NCBI RefSeq assembly: GCF_037042905.1
Contig: NC_087251.1
Coordinates: 4,466,001-4,530,000 of the forward strand
Direction: 5' to 3'
Source: Lytechinus pictus
Lineage: Eukaryota
Length of the DNA stretch: 64,000 bases
The notes beneath the pieces are model-generated. The model searched no databases. It was not told the DNA's origin and saw nothing but the letters and a program-made list of their open reading frames with translations. Position numbers and translations under genes: made by a program. Position 1 is the first letter of the stretch; every line of letters starts with the position of its first letter. This document shows, piece by piece, positions 52,321 through 64,000 of the stretch.

Positions 52321-52915
52321 AGGACAAGTCCACCCCCAAAAAAGTTGATTTGAATAAAAAGAGAAAAATCCAACAAGCAAATCACTGAAAACTTCATCAA
52401 AATCGGATGTAAAATAAGAAAGCTATGATATTTTAGAGTTTTGCTTAATTTCAGAAAACAGTTATACGCACATCCTGGTCGGTGTGCAAATGAGGAGACT
52501 GATGACGTCATCCACTCACTATTCTTTTGTATTCTATTACATGAAATATTCTAATTTTCTCCTCATTGACAAGTGAAACAACGCTCGATTCCTCCATGAA
52601 CAGTTGGACCTAGCATGCTTAAAACTATATGGTTCAGTCGAGTTGGTCCCTATTGTCAAATCTGTAAAAAATGAAATATTGTATAATTCAAACAATAAAA
52701 AACAAAAAAGAAATAGTGAGTGATGGACATCATTGACCATCGCATTTGCATGTCACTGAGTTGTGCATATCACTGTTTTGTGAAAAATAAGTGAAACTTT
52801 AAAATGTCATAACTTTCTTATTTCACATCCGATTTTGATGAAATTTTCAGCGTTATGCTAATTTGATTTTTCTCTATTTATTCAAATCAATATTTTTCGC
52901 GGGTGGACTTGACCT
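52321..52915. mobile_element. Family C Kolobok-like MITE (full length)
   Basis: TTAA|AGGACAAGTCCACCC...GGGTGGACTTGACCT|TTAA. Confidence 0.92.
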
Positions 52916-54625
52916 TTAATGAATGAATTCACCATTCTCAAATTTATTCCCTTGCTTCATTTTCCAGGGAGCAACTGGAAATTATTTTTCAAGAAACTAA
53001 ACATTCATCAATGTCATTCTGTCTTCTCTCATTTAAGAGTCAAATAAAAATCAAATTATGTTTGTATTTAATAGATCTGAAAATCTGTGTGCATGTTTCT
53101 TGAGGGCACTGCTCTCTATTCATTTCAAAAGGTAAATTTAACTGATGTTTTCCATTGAAGTACTTACATGTACTAGCATTGGATGAGCTACTACTTAACA
53201 GATTATATTCTTGAGATTAAGGGCAAACTAAGATTGGGAAGGATAAGAACCACATTCTTTAGTCATCAATTCTAATTTCAATTTACATGCATATCCTAAG
53301 GATCAATATCCAAGAGGAAGAAGAAAATCTCTGGATCAATGGATGTAAGGGAGGATATATATTTATCAAAGCTTAATTATGGAAAATTTTCACTAGACAA
53401 CATGGCTTTATATGAAATTCATTATCTTTTATGTTTTATCATGCTTCAATAATAATGAATTTAAATTACATACTATTTGGAATTGCTTGAAGCAGCACAA
53501 TACCAAAAAAGGAGAAGTATCTGGATGCAAGCTTGGTACTTATGAACCTTAATCAGAGAAAATGTTCAACTTGGAAATGTGGCATGCATTTAAAAAATAA
53601 ATTTTATTTTAACTTTATGGGGCTTCAATTAAAAAGTAAAACAAAATGACCCAAACATTATATAGACTAGAATGCTAATTTGTGAAAGAATTCATACAGA
53701 TATCGCAGAAATTCATTAAAGATGATAATTTATTACTGAATCAAGAATGTAAAGACAAAATGTTACAAATTCATTTCCATTAAGATTATAATGAAACACC
53801 AGAATCTTATTTCAAATAATCTGACATTTCACATTATAAAATCACATCTACATCTATAGGTAGTATAACTCATTGAAGGGAGTGGTATTGTGAAAGACTG
53901 AGAACTGTAAAATGTATAAAATCATTCCCATTAGTAAAGCCTTATATCTCCTTGTATGCAAGGCGATGTACATATTTAATCATATACATTTATAAACAAA
54001 TACCCCATACCCCAGAAGGTTGAAGGCTTCCATCCAGAATGCATACGTACCAGTCGTGAAAGAACAACAGTTTTGACTATTTCTACTTCAGATGAACAAA
54101 GAAATCATCAACTATTGCTGTAAGTACATACATATAAAGGGAAAGAAATTAGCAAAGAAGCTTTTTCATCAGTTGAATCTGGATAATGGAATATGAAAGT
54201 ACACTAACCTGACTCAACATTAGATGGGGAAGAGAGAACAAGAGACAGACAGACTGAGTGAGAGAAAATTCTGTTCTACCCTGATTTTGATGTTTTTTCA
54301 TTAAATTAAAGCCATTCAACATCTTTCTTCCCTCCCTTAGCCTCCGGCTTAGCTGATTGCCCGGAGAAAAAAAGTACCTTTGTAATCCAAAATCCACAAT
54401 GAAAGTCACACTCCAATCAATAAAATGTATACATTTTTAAAGCAATCACATAATACAATAAGTCCCAATACAATAAAAATCATGGAGGCAGACTGCCCTC
54501 CCCTCCCCCCATTGGTGTCTAGAGTAACTGAAGGGGAGAAGGAGAGAAAAATAGAGAGAGAGGGGGGGGGGGGAAGGGATGGCCATTCTTTCATGATATT
54601 TAGTGTTACACAAGTAAATCTCATA

Positions 54626-54856
54626 CACTCTAAATTCCAAGGATTTAAAATAAATCCAGATCGGCTGTGAATAGTGACCAGCCGAATATTTGATTTAGAT
54701 TTAAATCTTGTTGATTTACATATAAATCTAAAAAAATGAATTTAAATGTTTTGAGATTTAAAAGTTAATCCTTAAGATTTAAAATAAATTCAAAATTAGG
54801 CTGGTCACTATTCACAGCCGATCTGGATTTATTTTAAATGCTTGGAATTTAGAGTG
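54626..54856. mobile_element. CACT...AGTG MITE with ~57-bp near-perfect TIRs and TA flanks
   Basis: TA|CACTCTAAATTCCAAGGATTTAAAATAAATCCAGATCGGCTGTGAATAGTGACCAGCC and its reverse complement |TA. Confidence 0.9.
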
Positions 54857-55554
54857 TATAAATAAGGGTAAATAAGAGACTGTTATCTTAAAACTTGAAT
54901 GACTTTATATATGTTTAGTATACAATTAAAACACAAGACATTAGAGGTACAGTTTTGGGAAATAAAAAGAAAGCTTCATTTGTAATATCTGTTCCCTTAT
55001 TTATCATGTTTCTTTCCAATGCCATTTCTTTCCTTAGTGCAACTATGAAAAAGAAATGATATACAGGGATGTCAAGCTGCAAGAAAATGCATGTCACACA
55101 GGAGTAAACTACAGCACACAGGTACAATAAATCATATTAGAAATTCATTGAATCATTTGCTTGTTATCTCAGCATATCGCAGGGGAAACTTTAAGCATTG
55201 TTTAGAGTTCAAAAGACTGGAAGTAAAGGAATATTCAAAGTACAGCAAAATGCTCAAAGCAGACATGAAAGCAAGCTGTTACTATTGACTAGCCTGTATA
55301 TTAAAAACAAAATAAAAAGTTTATGAAACACAAAATATCATTTGAATTCTGTCAGGCATGGAAAAGATGATTGGTTGTACAAATCAAATACGTAATTCGG
55401 AGGCTTCTCAAAATTCTGATTAAAAAGATAAATTTTTAGGTCGTCATTATGAATGGGTGTGCGATTTCCTGCTGAATACTATATTACAATGTACAACTAA
55501 CAAAAAAACTGATGCTAGCGTTGTGTGTTAGCGTGCCTCATAGCTGTGTTCAGT

Positions 55555-55710
55555 GCAGGTGTGAATGCAGTTGGAAAACACTCCGTCCATCGGAAAGGAC
55601 GCAAATGTTGGTCCTGTGTATAGGAGAGTCACAACCTATGCACGTTAAAACCAATACACTATTGGTCAAAGAGTAGGGTGTTCACCCGGTGTATTGCACC
55701 TGCCAGTCCT
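55555..55710 (+). mobile_element. SINE fragment resembling the Deu-domain (DeuSINE) core
   Basis: CCGTCCATCGGAAAGGACGCAAA...GGTCCTGT...GCACGTTAAAA...CACTATT...AAGAGTAGGG...CCCGGTGT follows the Deu-domain motif order as recalled; not verified by search. Confidence 0.55.
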
Positions 55711-56822
55711 CGGTACTACAATACTGCAAGAATCTTCAGGATTGAAGGAGGCAGTCAGTGCAGCTTGAAACCTTGAAACCTACATTACACTTAATAACAC
55801 TTCCATATGTATTGATGAGCTGAATTTAACCACATAACAAAAAGCAAATCAAAATTAATTAAATTGAATACAATTAGCAAATCATTCAGTTGTTTCTAAT
55901 TTTCACATACAGGTTTGGATTGTGTAGAGGTTACATTCATATTGCACTTTTTAGTAATCTGATATGGAAAAGGGGAAACGACCTCACATTTCTGTGACAA
56001 TTTGAGAAAGGTCTTAAATGTAGATTTGTGCAATAGTTCGCTTAGCTTTGAATGAAAATATTAAAAGGAATTGCATTGGAGACGCTCTTAGGAAACACTG
56101 TATATCTTGAATTATGCATGAGACACAATGCCTCCAAATACAATAATTCAATGCACTACAATAATGACTGAACTATTAGGAGTTTATGCACCGAAATGAA
56201 GCCAAATTTGGAAATAATTTGCCTCATAAATGAGCTATCATTATGCCATTAATACTAGTTGCTTAGAAGTGGAGGCAACTGGCATGTGCCGGTCCCTAAG
56301 CTCAATCAGAGAAGAATTGGCTAATAGCTCTATTCAAGAAAAGAGCAGGATATATGCAGGATCTAAAAGTACATGGTATTCACTATTCAAAACCAGAAAA
56401 AAAATGAAAAAGAGGAGAAATATGAAATCAATTGATTTTTATTTCTTCATTTTATGTGTCTGTTCAGAAGTATTGATAAAATCATAAGGGGAAGCTATTT
56501 TCTCATTCATCAAACAACTTGATCATTACGAAATAAATCATTCAAATTGAATATTTCATAGAAAACTATACATTTTCCAAGGTTTGTGTGGGTAAAAATG
56601 ACAAACTAAAGACTTGTTCATCACCAATTAAATATAAAGTAGATGAAAGCTCAACACTATTTATGCTACAAGAGCAAAAGAAGATTCTCAATTGTTTGGA
56701 TCTGAACTGTAATAACAGTCAAAAATCAAAATCCTTATCCCTTTTTTGGTGGGGGGTGTTTTTTCCCCAATAATTGGCAGTTATCTATAATATTCATTAA
56801 GTGATAATCAGGGCTGAATAGG

Positions 56823-57008
56823 ACCCGGGGGGGGGGGGGGGGTACTTGACCAAAAAAGTGGTAGGTATGTGCGGCGGGCGAGACAAAAAAATGAGGGCTT
56901 TGGAGCAGGCTTATTGTAAAAAGGAGGGTCCTCGGAACGGGCTTCAGAATTACAAATGTTTGTCTCTCTGCTCGATCCTACATGTAGAGTATCACCCCCC
57001 CCCCTCCC
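56823..57008. mobile_element. CCCGGG/poly-G-terminated repeat element (short copy)
   Basis: CCCGGGGG...GTACT start and GAGTATCACCCCCCCCC end; same terminus type as 10286. Confidence 0.45.
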
Positions 57009-57737
57009 TCTCTCTTGTACATACATGTACAGCATTTGGACTCATACATAGTTTACAGACGTGTGAGATGTTGAAAGCCATGTTCAGGCTCTTACAAAAG
57101 CAAGCAATCTTGCAAACAGATCAGACTTCCCAGACCAATATGCTGACTGATTGTCCTTTTACCATTAATACTCTAATGGACACATTTGAGTGATTTCAGC
57201 CATACAATCTAGAGGCCATATGCATTCATAACTTGCAATATGCTTCCATTTTAAGCTGAAGAGAGAAAGTTGAATGAATCTTGTTGCTTGGTCACCCTTT
57301 CCATTGGAATCTAGAAGGTTGATGCCCTAAGAGTGCACATGTAGAGCTGCCAACATTTACAACAGAAGATTTGAATTTATAATTTTTGAGATAAAATTAA
57401 TGATTTCTTAAAAGGAAAACCTACAATGTGTTTCCTTGAAAAAGCTATAGAACATTGTAGCGTGCAGCATATAAATACGCAAATCAATGTAAATGATGCT
57501 CATTAAGATGTAGCAATTTTTGCCACACTTTTCCCCAAGAATATATGAGGCAATAAATAAGAAATGTCAATGCTTTACGACTAAAAGATCTCATCCAGAG
57601 TTGCCAAACTTTAGGACAAATTTGCAATCTAGAAGGTGAAAATTCACAACTTTGAAAAAAAAATGTAAATTTCCTGAAGAGGGCAATATAACATCAAACC
57701 GTGCACAATATAAAATGAACAGATCTATAAATAATTC

Positions 57738-57857
57738 TTATAAATAAGAATGTTCAGAAATGTTAAAAAGTGTGCCTTTCTCCATATAAGAAGACTGAAT
57801 ATAAATAAGAATATTCATTAATGTTGAAAAGTGTGCCTTTAATATGAGAAGACTGAA
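57738..57857 (+). repeat. Direct duplication ~60 bp x 2
   Basis: TATAAATAAGAAT(G/A)TTCA..AATGTT(A/G)AAAAGTGTGCCTTT...AGAAGACTGAA twice. Confidence 0.85.
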
Positions 57858-58149
57858 AAATTCAGTATAAAATGACTACAAAGACAACAAGAATATTGAT
57901 GTACATGCATGTCAATGCCCTGTAATTTGTGAGGAAAATTGTTATGTCTTACACAGCAGTCAATTTGTGACAGTGTTTTGTTATTCTAATGATTGACAGC
58001 TCTGCACATTATACATGCATGTACCATAGTAAAATGTGCAATATTTCATGTTGTTATTCAAAATGAATTAAAAAGAGAGTTTTTTTTCTACATGATTTTG
58101 GAAGCACACAGAAAAATTTTGGAGCCCTATATAATTACATAATTCATAA

Positions 58150-58355
58150 AATAAGATTCAAAAGAAATGGTGAGTAACATCATTAACCCTCTCATTTGCA
58201 TATCACTGTGCTGTGCATGTAACTGTTGTGTGAAAATACAGAAATGTCAAAATTCCTTCCTATCTAACATCTGATTTTAATAGAATTTTCAGCGTTATGA
58301 TGCTTGATTTTTCTTTTTTATTCAAATCAATTTTTGTTAGGGTGGACTTCCACTT
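58150..58355. mobile_element. Right-end fragment of family C MITE
   Basis: CATTTGCATATCACTG...TTTTCAGCGTTATG...GGGTGGACTT...TTAA. Confidence 0.75.
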
Positions 58356-59719
58356 TTAATAAAGCTACCATGCAAGAGGTTAGTTGGATGTCTCATATTT
58401 AGGATTTTTTAGCATTGAAAAAGTTGTGTATGGATGTCTACTCTGGAATTCTAATGCACATATGACTTGACATCAGAGGGCACTGTATTACATACTAGTA
58501 GCATAACAAGTGCTCCTCAGCTTTCCTCATTTCCATTGTACATGAGAGATAATGCTAAATGGTGCAAATTTGGTAATGTCACTGAGTTCCAGGTTTTTTG
58601 ATGTGCAGCAATTGTAAAAAGTAACTATCGGTTATCAATGGTACTTTCTGATTTTTAAAGGAATTTTCAGTCCTATTATAGAAATTATCTGTCTTAAGAG
58701 ATGTCTTAAATATTGTTCAGCAACAATGAAGTTTCTTCATTTTGGGAATTTCATTATTTTTTCCAATATTATTTATAATTCATAAACACAAGATATGAGA
58801 TGAATAATACCAATGGAATTCACATATATGTTATATTAAAGATTAAAGAAAATGGTTTGTGTACAGAATTGGGATTTGAATGCATAATTATTTTGTATTA
58901 TATCCATTGTATGAATATTCATGAGTATTCTAAATTGGTCTGTTGGTACTCACTTGACAAAATGTATTTACCACTATATTTTCCAAGGGCAAACTATTTA
59001 GAGCTCAATGAGTTATTGAGCATGCGCCATTCTCCCCTTGACAAAAATATTCAAAACTATATGGAGCTAATGCAGAATATTGGCACAGCAAATTGCGTAT
59101 TGTCTCCAGTAGGAAAGCCCTGCAATGTTGCATCACAGACACTGATCAGACTCCACTGAGCATGCTGGCTTAACAAATTTGGTCCAGAATACGGACCATC
59201 TAGGAAAAGATCACCAGGAATTATTTTTCAAAAAGAGATATAAAACAAATATACCAGGTGTTTCTTTCGAAGGTATTAGTGGGAATTATTCATGCTCAGT
59301 TTGACTGGCTATGTTACTATAATACTGGTTCATGCATATAGATAGCATTTGGATTTAAATGCATGGTGATTCTTTATCTATATAACAAAATATTATTAAA
59401 GTTTAAACACACAAAATTGCTTTTGGGAATTTAGGATACTTTGCTGATAATTGCAAGTTCAACCAAAAATTGTGAATGATAATCAGGTGGGATTGCTGGA
59501 CTACTGATATCAAGTAGTTCATCATGTATCTCTACATGCGATTATATCTCGGTAATTTTTTTTCTCCATCTATCTGGTCTGGGACCGTCGGACCGATGCC
59601 AGTGTCATGTGCTGTACACTATTTAAATTTGAGCAGATTTGACAATAAGGAGACACTTAATCAAATCACAATACGCTACAGCAATGGAAATTCTGTTTGG
59701 GAAAGAATCAAACTTTGTT

Positions 59720-59974
59720 TCGCATTACAATGAGAAAATAAAAAAAATTCATATAAACAAAATACAAAAAAGAAAATACGTGGGTGATTTCATCAGTTCC
59801 TGCACTTGCATATCAACCACAATTTGAAATGTTTTGTAAAGATAAGCAAAACTTTGAAATGTCATATATATTTTGTATTTAACATCCAATTTCAAAGAAA
59901 TTTTCAGTGTTAAGCTTCTATGATTTTTGTCTGTTTTTATTAAAATAAAACATTCTGTTGGTGTGGACGTCCCT
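59720..59974. mobile_element. Right-end fragment of family C MITE (old)
   Basis: AAACTTTGAAATGTCATA...AAATTTTCAGTGTTA...GTGGACGTCCCT|TTAA. Confidence 0.65.
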
Positions 59975-60011
59975 TTAAAGGACACTTTATGTGATATATA
60001 TTTGACATTCA

Positions 60012-60155
<144 letters not shown>

Positions 60156-60574
60156 TCACAATAAATATCTAAAAATATGTATCTATAAATATATATCATA
60201 CACACAAAGCTGATATTGTTCTGCACAGTCAGTCAACAAGAAGACTCAAAATGAAATAAAAACTCTGTAATGAAAGAATTATGAGGCTGTTCATACACAA
60301 GAAATCATAATGCATGACTTTGAAAAATTGCAAAAGAATGATTAAGAATCTATTATCAATTAATCTTTATTCCCCCTAATCAATCATTCTTGCCTTCATT
60401 ACATCCCCCATTAATACAATAATTGTAATAAATAATTCTTACATTAATTATCATCATAACAATAATGATATTGATAATGTTTAAAAATAGTACCTCTCAA
60501 CATTAATACTTGATATCACTAAATACAAAGCATTAAAGTTTTAAACTACCAATTCTAATGTATAATGCTCTCTT

Positions 60575-62870
60575 AGTTTTGATAATGAACTATAAATAAG
60601 TTTGAAGAATGATTTCATGGATTAACTCTTTGCCCGCCACGGACGACTCGCGGCACATACAGCGGACTGCCAACGACGACTCAAGTCACAGTTCGCACAC
60701 AATGCATACGGCACGCATTTAATTGTAATTGCGTGCACACACAATAGCGACGCGTGTATTGCATTGTTTACGAATCTAGCTTTCGTGTTATAGCTTTCGC
60801 CGACGTTGTTTACATAGAGATTTTTCGCGTAAAATTGAGTTTTTTTAACTGCTTTAGGATATATTTCGATGAGCTTTCAATAGCTTGCACTGCTTTCCTT
60901 GTAATAAAAGAATGATACAATTTGCCACCTCCCTATAACAATAAGGGGATCAAAGTATCAATAGACGGGAAGTAGCCAGGGACAATTTCAATAGAAGAGT
61001 TTAGTTCATTGTCAGTTTACTCTTTTTGAATGCCCCATTTCAATCCTAAACTGCTTAGCTCATAATGACCATAAAGACATGGATTTGGTACATAATGAAA
61101 TCTAAAGAACACATCTTTTCAATGGACTAACTTAGAAATTTAACCTTCATTAGAAAGTATTGAAAGAGGTATGAAATACCCTCCTAAACGAAAAATTGGA
61201 AACAGAATGTAAAGTTAAAATTCTCAAAATCTATGATTTTATACATAGCAAAATGATACCATTGGCAAGAGTATTCATTTCTCTAAAACTTTGCTACACA
61301 ATTTTTTTTCAATACGACATACCAGTAAAAAGTTATTGCGAGTTGAATAAGACAGTGCACGCAAACCCCCTCTGAATGTGGCACCCCAAAATTAATGTGG
61401 CGCAGGGGGGATAGTGTACGTGGCGGGCAAAGAGTTAAACGAAATATCATTGTTCTGGGTAGAATTACAGATGTGAAATTATTATTACTGCCACAATTTA
61501 ATCATTTGTTTATGTCAATTCCATCTCCTTCTGCTAAGTTAATGAAAGCCATAAAAGTAAAGTTCTTTAATTTTATATGGAAGAATAAGCCAGACAAAAG
61601 ATTAGTAGAAAACATGGTGTTGGTGCTTATGAAGAAGGGGGTCTTAAGATGCCAGACATTGATTTTTTTTAATATCTCATTAAAGCTTACATGGATTCGG
61701 AGAGTGATTTTAGGAAAATGTGATGACGTTTTTCTGTTATTTTTAACTAAGCCATTTGTATTAGAATTTGGGGATGAATATTTTCTGTCATTATCTCATG
61801 AAGCTGTTAATGCATTCTGGAAAGACGTATTTTATGCTATGTTTTTGTAAATTCAAGCGGGAAAAAAATAATTGGCTTACCTATCCTTTTTTGAGAAACA
61901 ATGCTATTCAAATAGGAAATAAGTTTGTATTTTTTCAATCGTGGTATGAAAAGGGGTTGGATTTATTAATGACTTGATTGATGTGAAGGAAATTTTCTTA
62001 CTCATGATGAATGTGAACAAAAATTTTGTTTTAAAGTAAATTATTTGTCTTAGACAAACAATAAAGTGTCGATATCGAGTAAATGTCGAAACTTGTGAAA
62101 AGAATATAGAAAATCCTTTGATACCTTCACATATCAAAATATTAGTACATGACCAGAAAGGATGTCAATAGATCTATAAAACTTTGCTTGGAAAAACAAA
62201 ATGTGTTCCTTTAATATACATGTTCAAAATGGGATCGATATTTAGATGATCCTCCTGATAATATAAAAATTGAAAAATACCATATCATGATATTTCATTT
62301 TACTTCAGATATTAGTTTAAGATATTTCAGTATAAGATAGTAAATAGAATATTATTTCTGAACAAACAATTAAAGAAAAAGTTTAACTGTTAAAACTGAA
62401 AAATGTTCATTTTGTAATAGGGAGTTGAAAGATATTGTACACCTTTTTTATAAATGTAAATTTAGTTAAAAAAAATATGGAAGAAAACAGAAAATTGGAT
62501 TAATGAATGTTCTCAAGCACACGTTAAGTTTAGTTTGAAAAATATAATCTTTGGTTTTGATGAGAAAAGAAATGATGCATTGAATTGTTTGGTATGTATA
62601 ATCAAACAGCATTTATTTTTTCATAAGTTAAATAGTAAAAAACCAGTGTCTACATATATGCAAAGAAAAGAAATGATTCAATATTATGAAGATGAGAGAT
62701 ATATTAGTTCTATACCGGGTTTGTTTAACAAATCTAATACTAAATGGATGCCACTTCATTCTTTATTTACTTGAGAAAAATGTTTAAGTATTAGTATTGT
62801 TTGAGTTCTTTTATTAATTGAGTAATAATGTTTGCTGTGTATATTTTGATATTATTTGACTCAATAAAAG
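60575..62870 (+). mobile_element. 5'-truncated, degraded Tx1/L1-clade LINE (ORF2 C-terminal part)
   Basis: SWIKRNIIVLGRIT..LLPQFNHLF, FNFIWKNKPDK, EEGGLKMPD, zinc knuckle KCSFCNRELKDIVHLFYKC (62401-62457), NIIFG, KWMPL; AATAAA near 62863. Confidence 0.88.
60626..61434. mobile_element. 809-bp piggyBac-like non-autonomous element inserted into the Tx1-like LINE
   Basis: TTAA|CTCTTTGCCCGCCACG...CGTGGCGGGCAAAGAG|TTAA (16-bp perfect TIR). Confidence 0.92.
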
Positions 62871-63029
62871 ACCTTTGGAGGGCTTAGAAGTTGGAAAAAA
62901 TAAGTTTGCTGGGCTTGAAATTGTGGAAAGTGCTGTTGAAACGTTTCAGGTTGCTGTGATTGGCCAGACTTGGTCTGGTGGCTTCGCTGATGTGTCCATC
63001 TTGTTTTGCTTAAAATGTGTATGAGAGTA

Positions 63030-63851
63030 CTGTAAATTCAGAAATATTTGTGGATTTCGCGGCAAGATCGGCGAGCGCGAATTTAAAAACATGCAAATTT
63101 CTGAGCATATAATTTTACATGTAATGCATGTTTTAAAACAAGAATCAATTTTTGCTTGCATCCTTTTGGCAAGGAGACTGTATGATTTGACCTATAGAGG
63201 GCAACATTTAAACAAGCAAGCTTCAAAGCTTCATCATATATCGTGCACAAATATATACATAATATATATCGCAAGAATTTTTCTTTCAATGCGATAATTT
63301 TGTACAGTCCCAGATCGGTATTTGAATCATGATGTTGCTTGAAATTTAAGTTGCTTTTGCTGTTAGATTTGTGAGTGTTAAGGTCTGCTTGACATGTCTG
63401 ATGTTTGTATAATACCTAGTCTTCGTTTTCAAGAAGTCTTGTCGATCGCTAAGGTAGATCGATTGATCCCATGCGCTTTGAATCGCCGTAATTCCCCCAG
63501 TCACTACCTGGTACTCGGCCTTAAATCACACCAGGCCAGGAGCACCTCCATTTTGCCTCCCCCGTCCATTGTCTGCCCAACAGTCTACCCAACAAAGAGA
63601 AGTTGCGCTAAATGTCACAAATGCTAATGATCGGAACAAAACAATGCTGAATTACGCCAATGCAGAGCTAGAATATGAGCAGAAAATACAATTTTATTGC
63701 CAGCAATGTTAATTAAAACCAGTCAGAAATCGGAAAGAAGGAAGTGACTTTTTCATTGTGGAGTGTGCAACGCGAATTCAAGAACCTGCCAATATGTTTT
63801 GAAGCTGCCGAACGCGAAATATTAATCGCACAAAAATAACAGCGTTTACAG
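63030..63851. mobile_element. TA-flanked CTGTAAA...TTTACAG element (Tc1/mariner-like MITE, possibly composite)
   Basis: TA|CTGTAAA at the left and TTTACAG|TA at the right; CGCGAA subterminal motifs; possible inner end TGTACAGT near 63308. Confidence 0.45.
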
Positions 63852-64000
63852 TAGGTGTGTATGCATGTGGTTATGTGTAAGTCATTGGCGGGATCCCGGG
63901 GGGGGGGGGGGCAGTCACATGTATTGCTGTACACACACGTGGCCAAAACATTTCCAAACACCCCTAAACAATTTTTCGCATGCTTTATTTACACATTTGG

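Noticed and set aside
62872..63029. Possible upstream SEL1L exon (acceptor TTTACAG on -)
   Set aside because: The acceptor comes from a MITE terminus, the donor is poor, and the translation lacks the expected Sel1-repeat sequence (AQAMFNLGYMHE-like).

Overview
AT-rich, intron- and repeat-rich animal DNA. The repeat families look echinoid (sea-urchin-like); this is inference, not proof. Two convergent host genes are visible. (1) The terminal coding exon of a rhodopsin-class (class A) neuropeptide-type GPCR on + (24528-25631: TM6, TM7 and a ~295-aa tail); no upstream exon was found in the preceding 24.5 kb. (2) The last two coding exons of SEL1L on - (60140-60018 and 43940-43806), which the ORF track missed; they were found from splice sites and translation. 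The rest is largely non-autonomous DNA transposons (TTAA-flanked Kolobok-like and piggyBac-like, hAT-like, CACTA-like, Harbinger-like, MULE-like foldback, Helentron-like), decayed LINEs (L2/CR1-type, Tx1/L1-type), SINE fragments, microsatellites and a near-identical 840-bp tandem duplication. The most striking observation is at 5236-5983: two inverted copies of a MITE each carry an internal ~84-bp segment ~81% identical to the reconstructed empty site they are inserted into. Other leads are a bipartite TTTCAT-N21-AAAGTTATG motif shared by unrelated transposon classes, elements with same-orientation end motifs instead of TIRs, same-site nesting of one element in another, and a CpG-depleted domain matching the SEL1L gene body. 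All alignments and counts were done by eye; superfamily assignments rest on termini and target-site duplication (TSD) patterns only.
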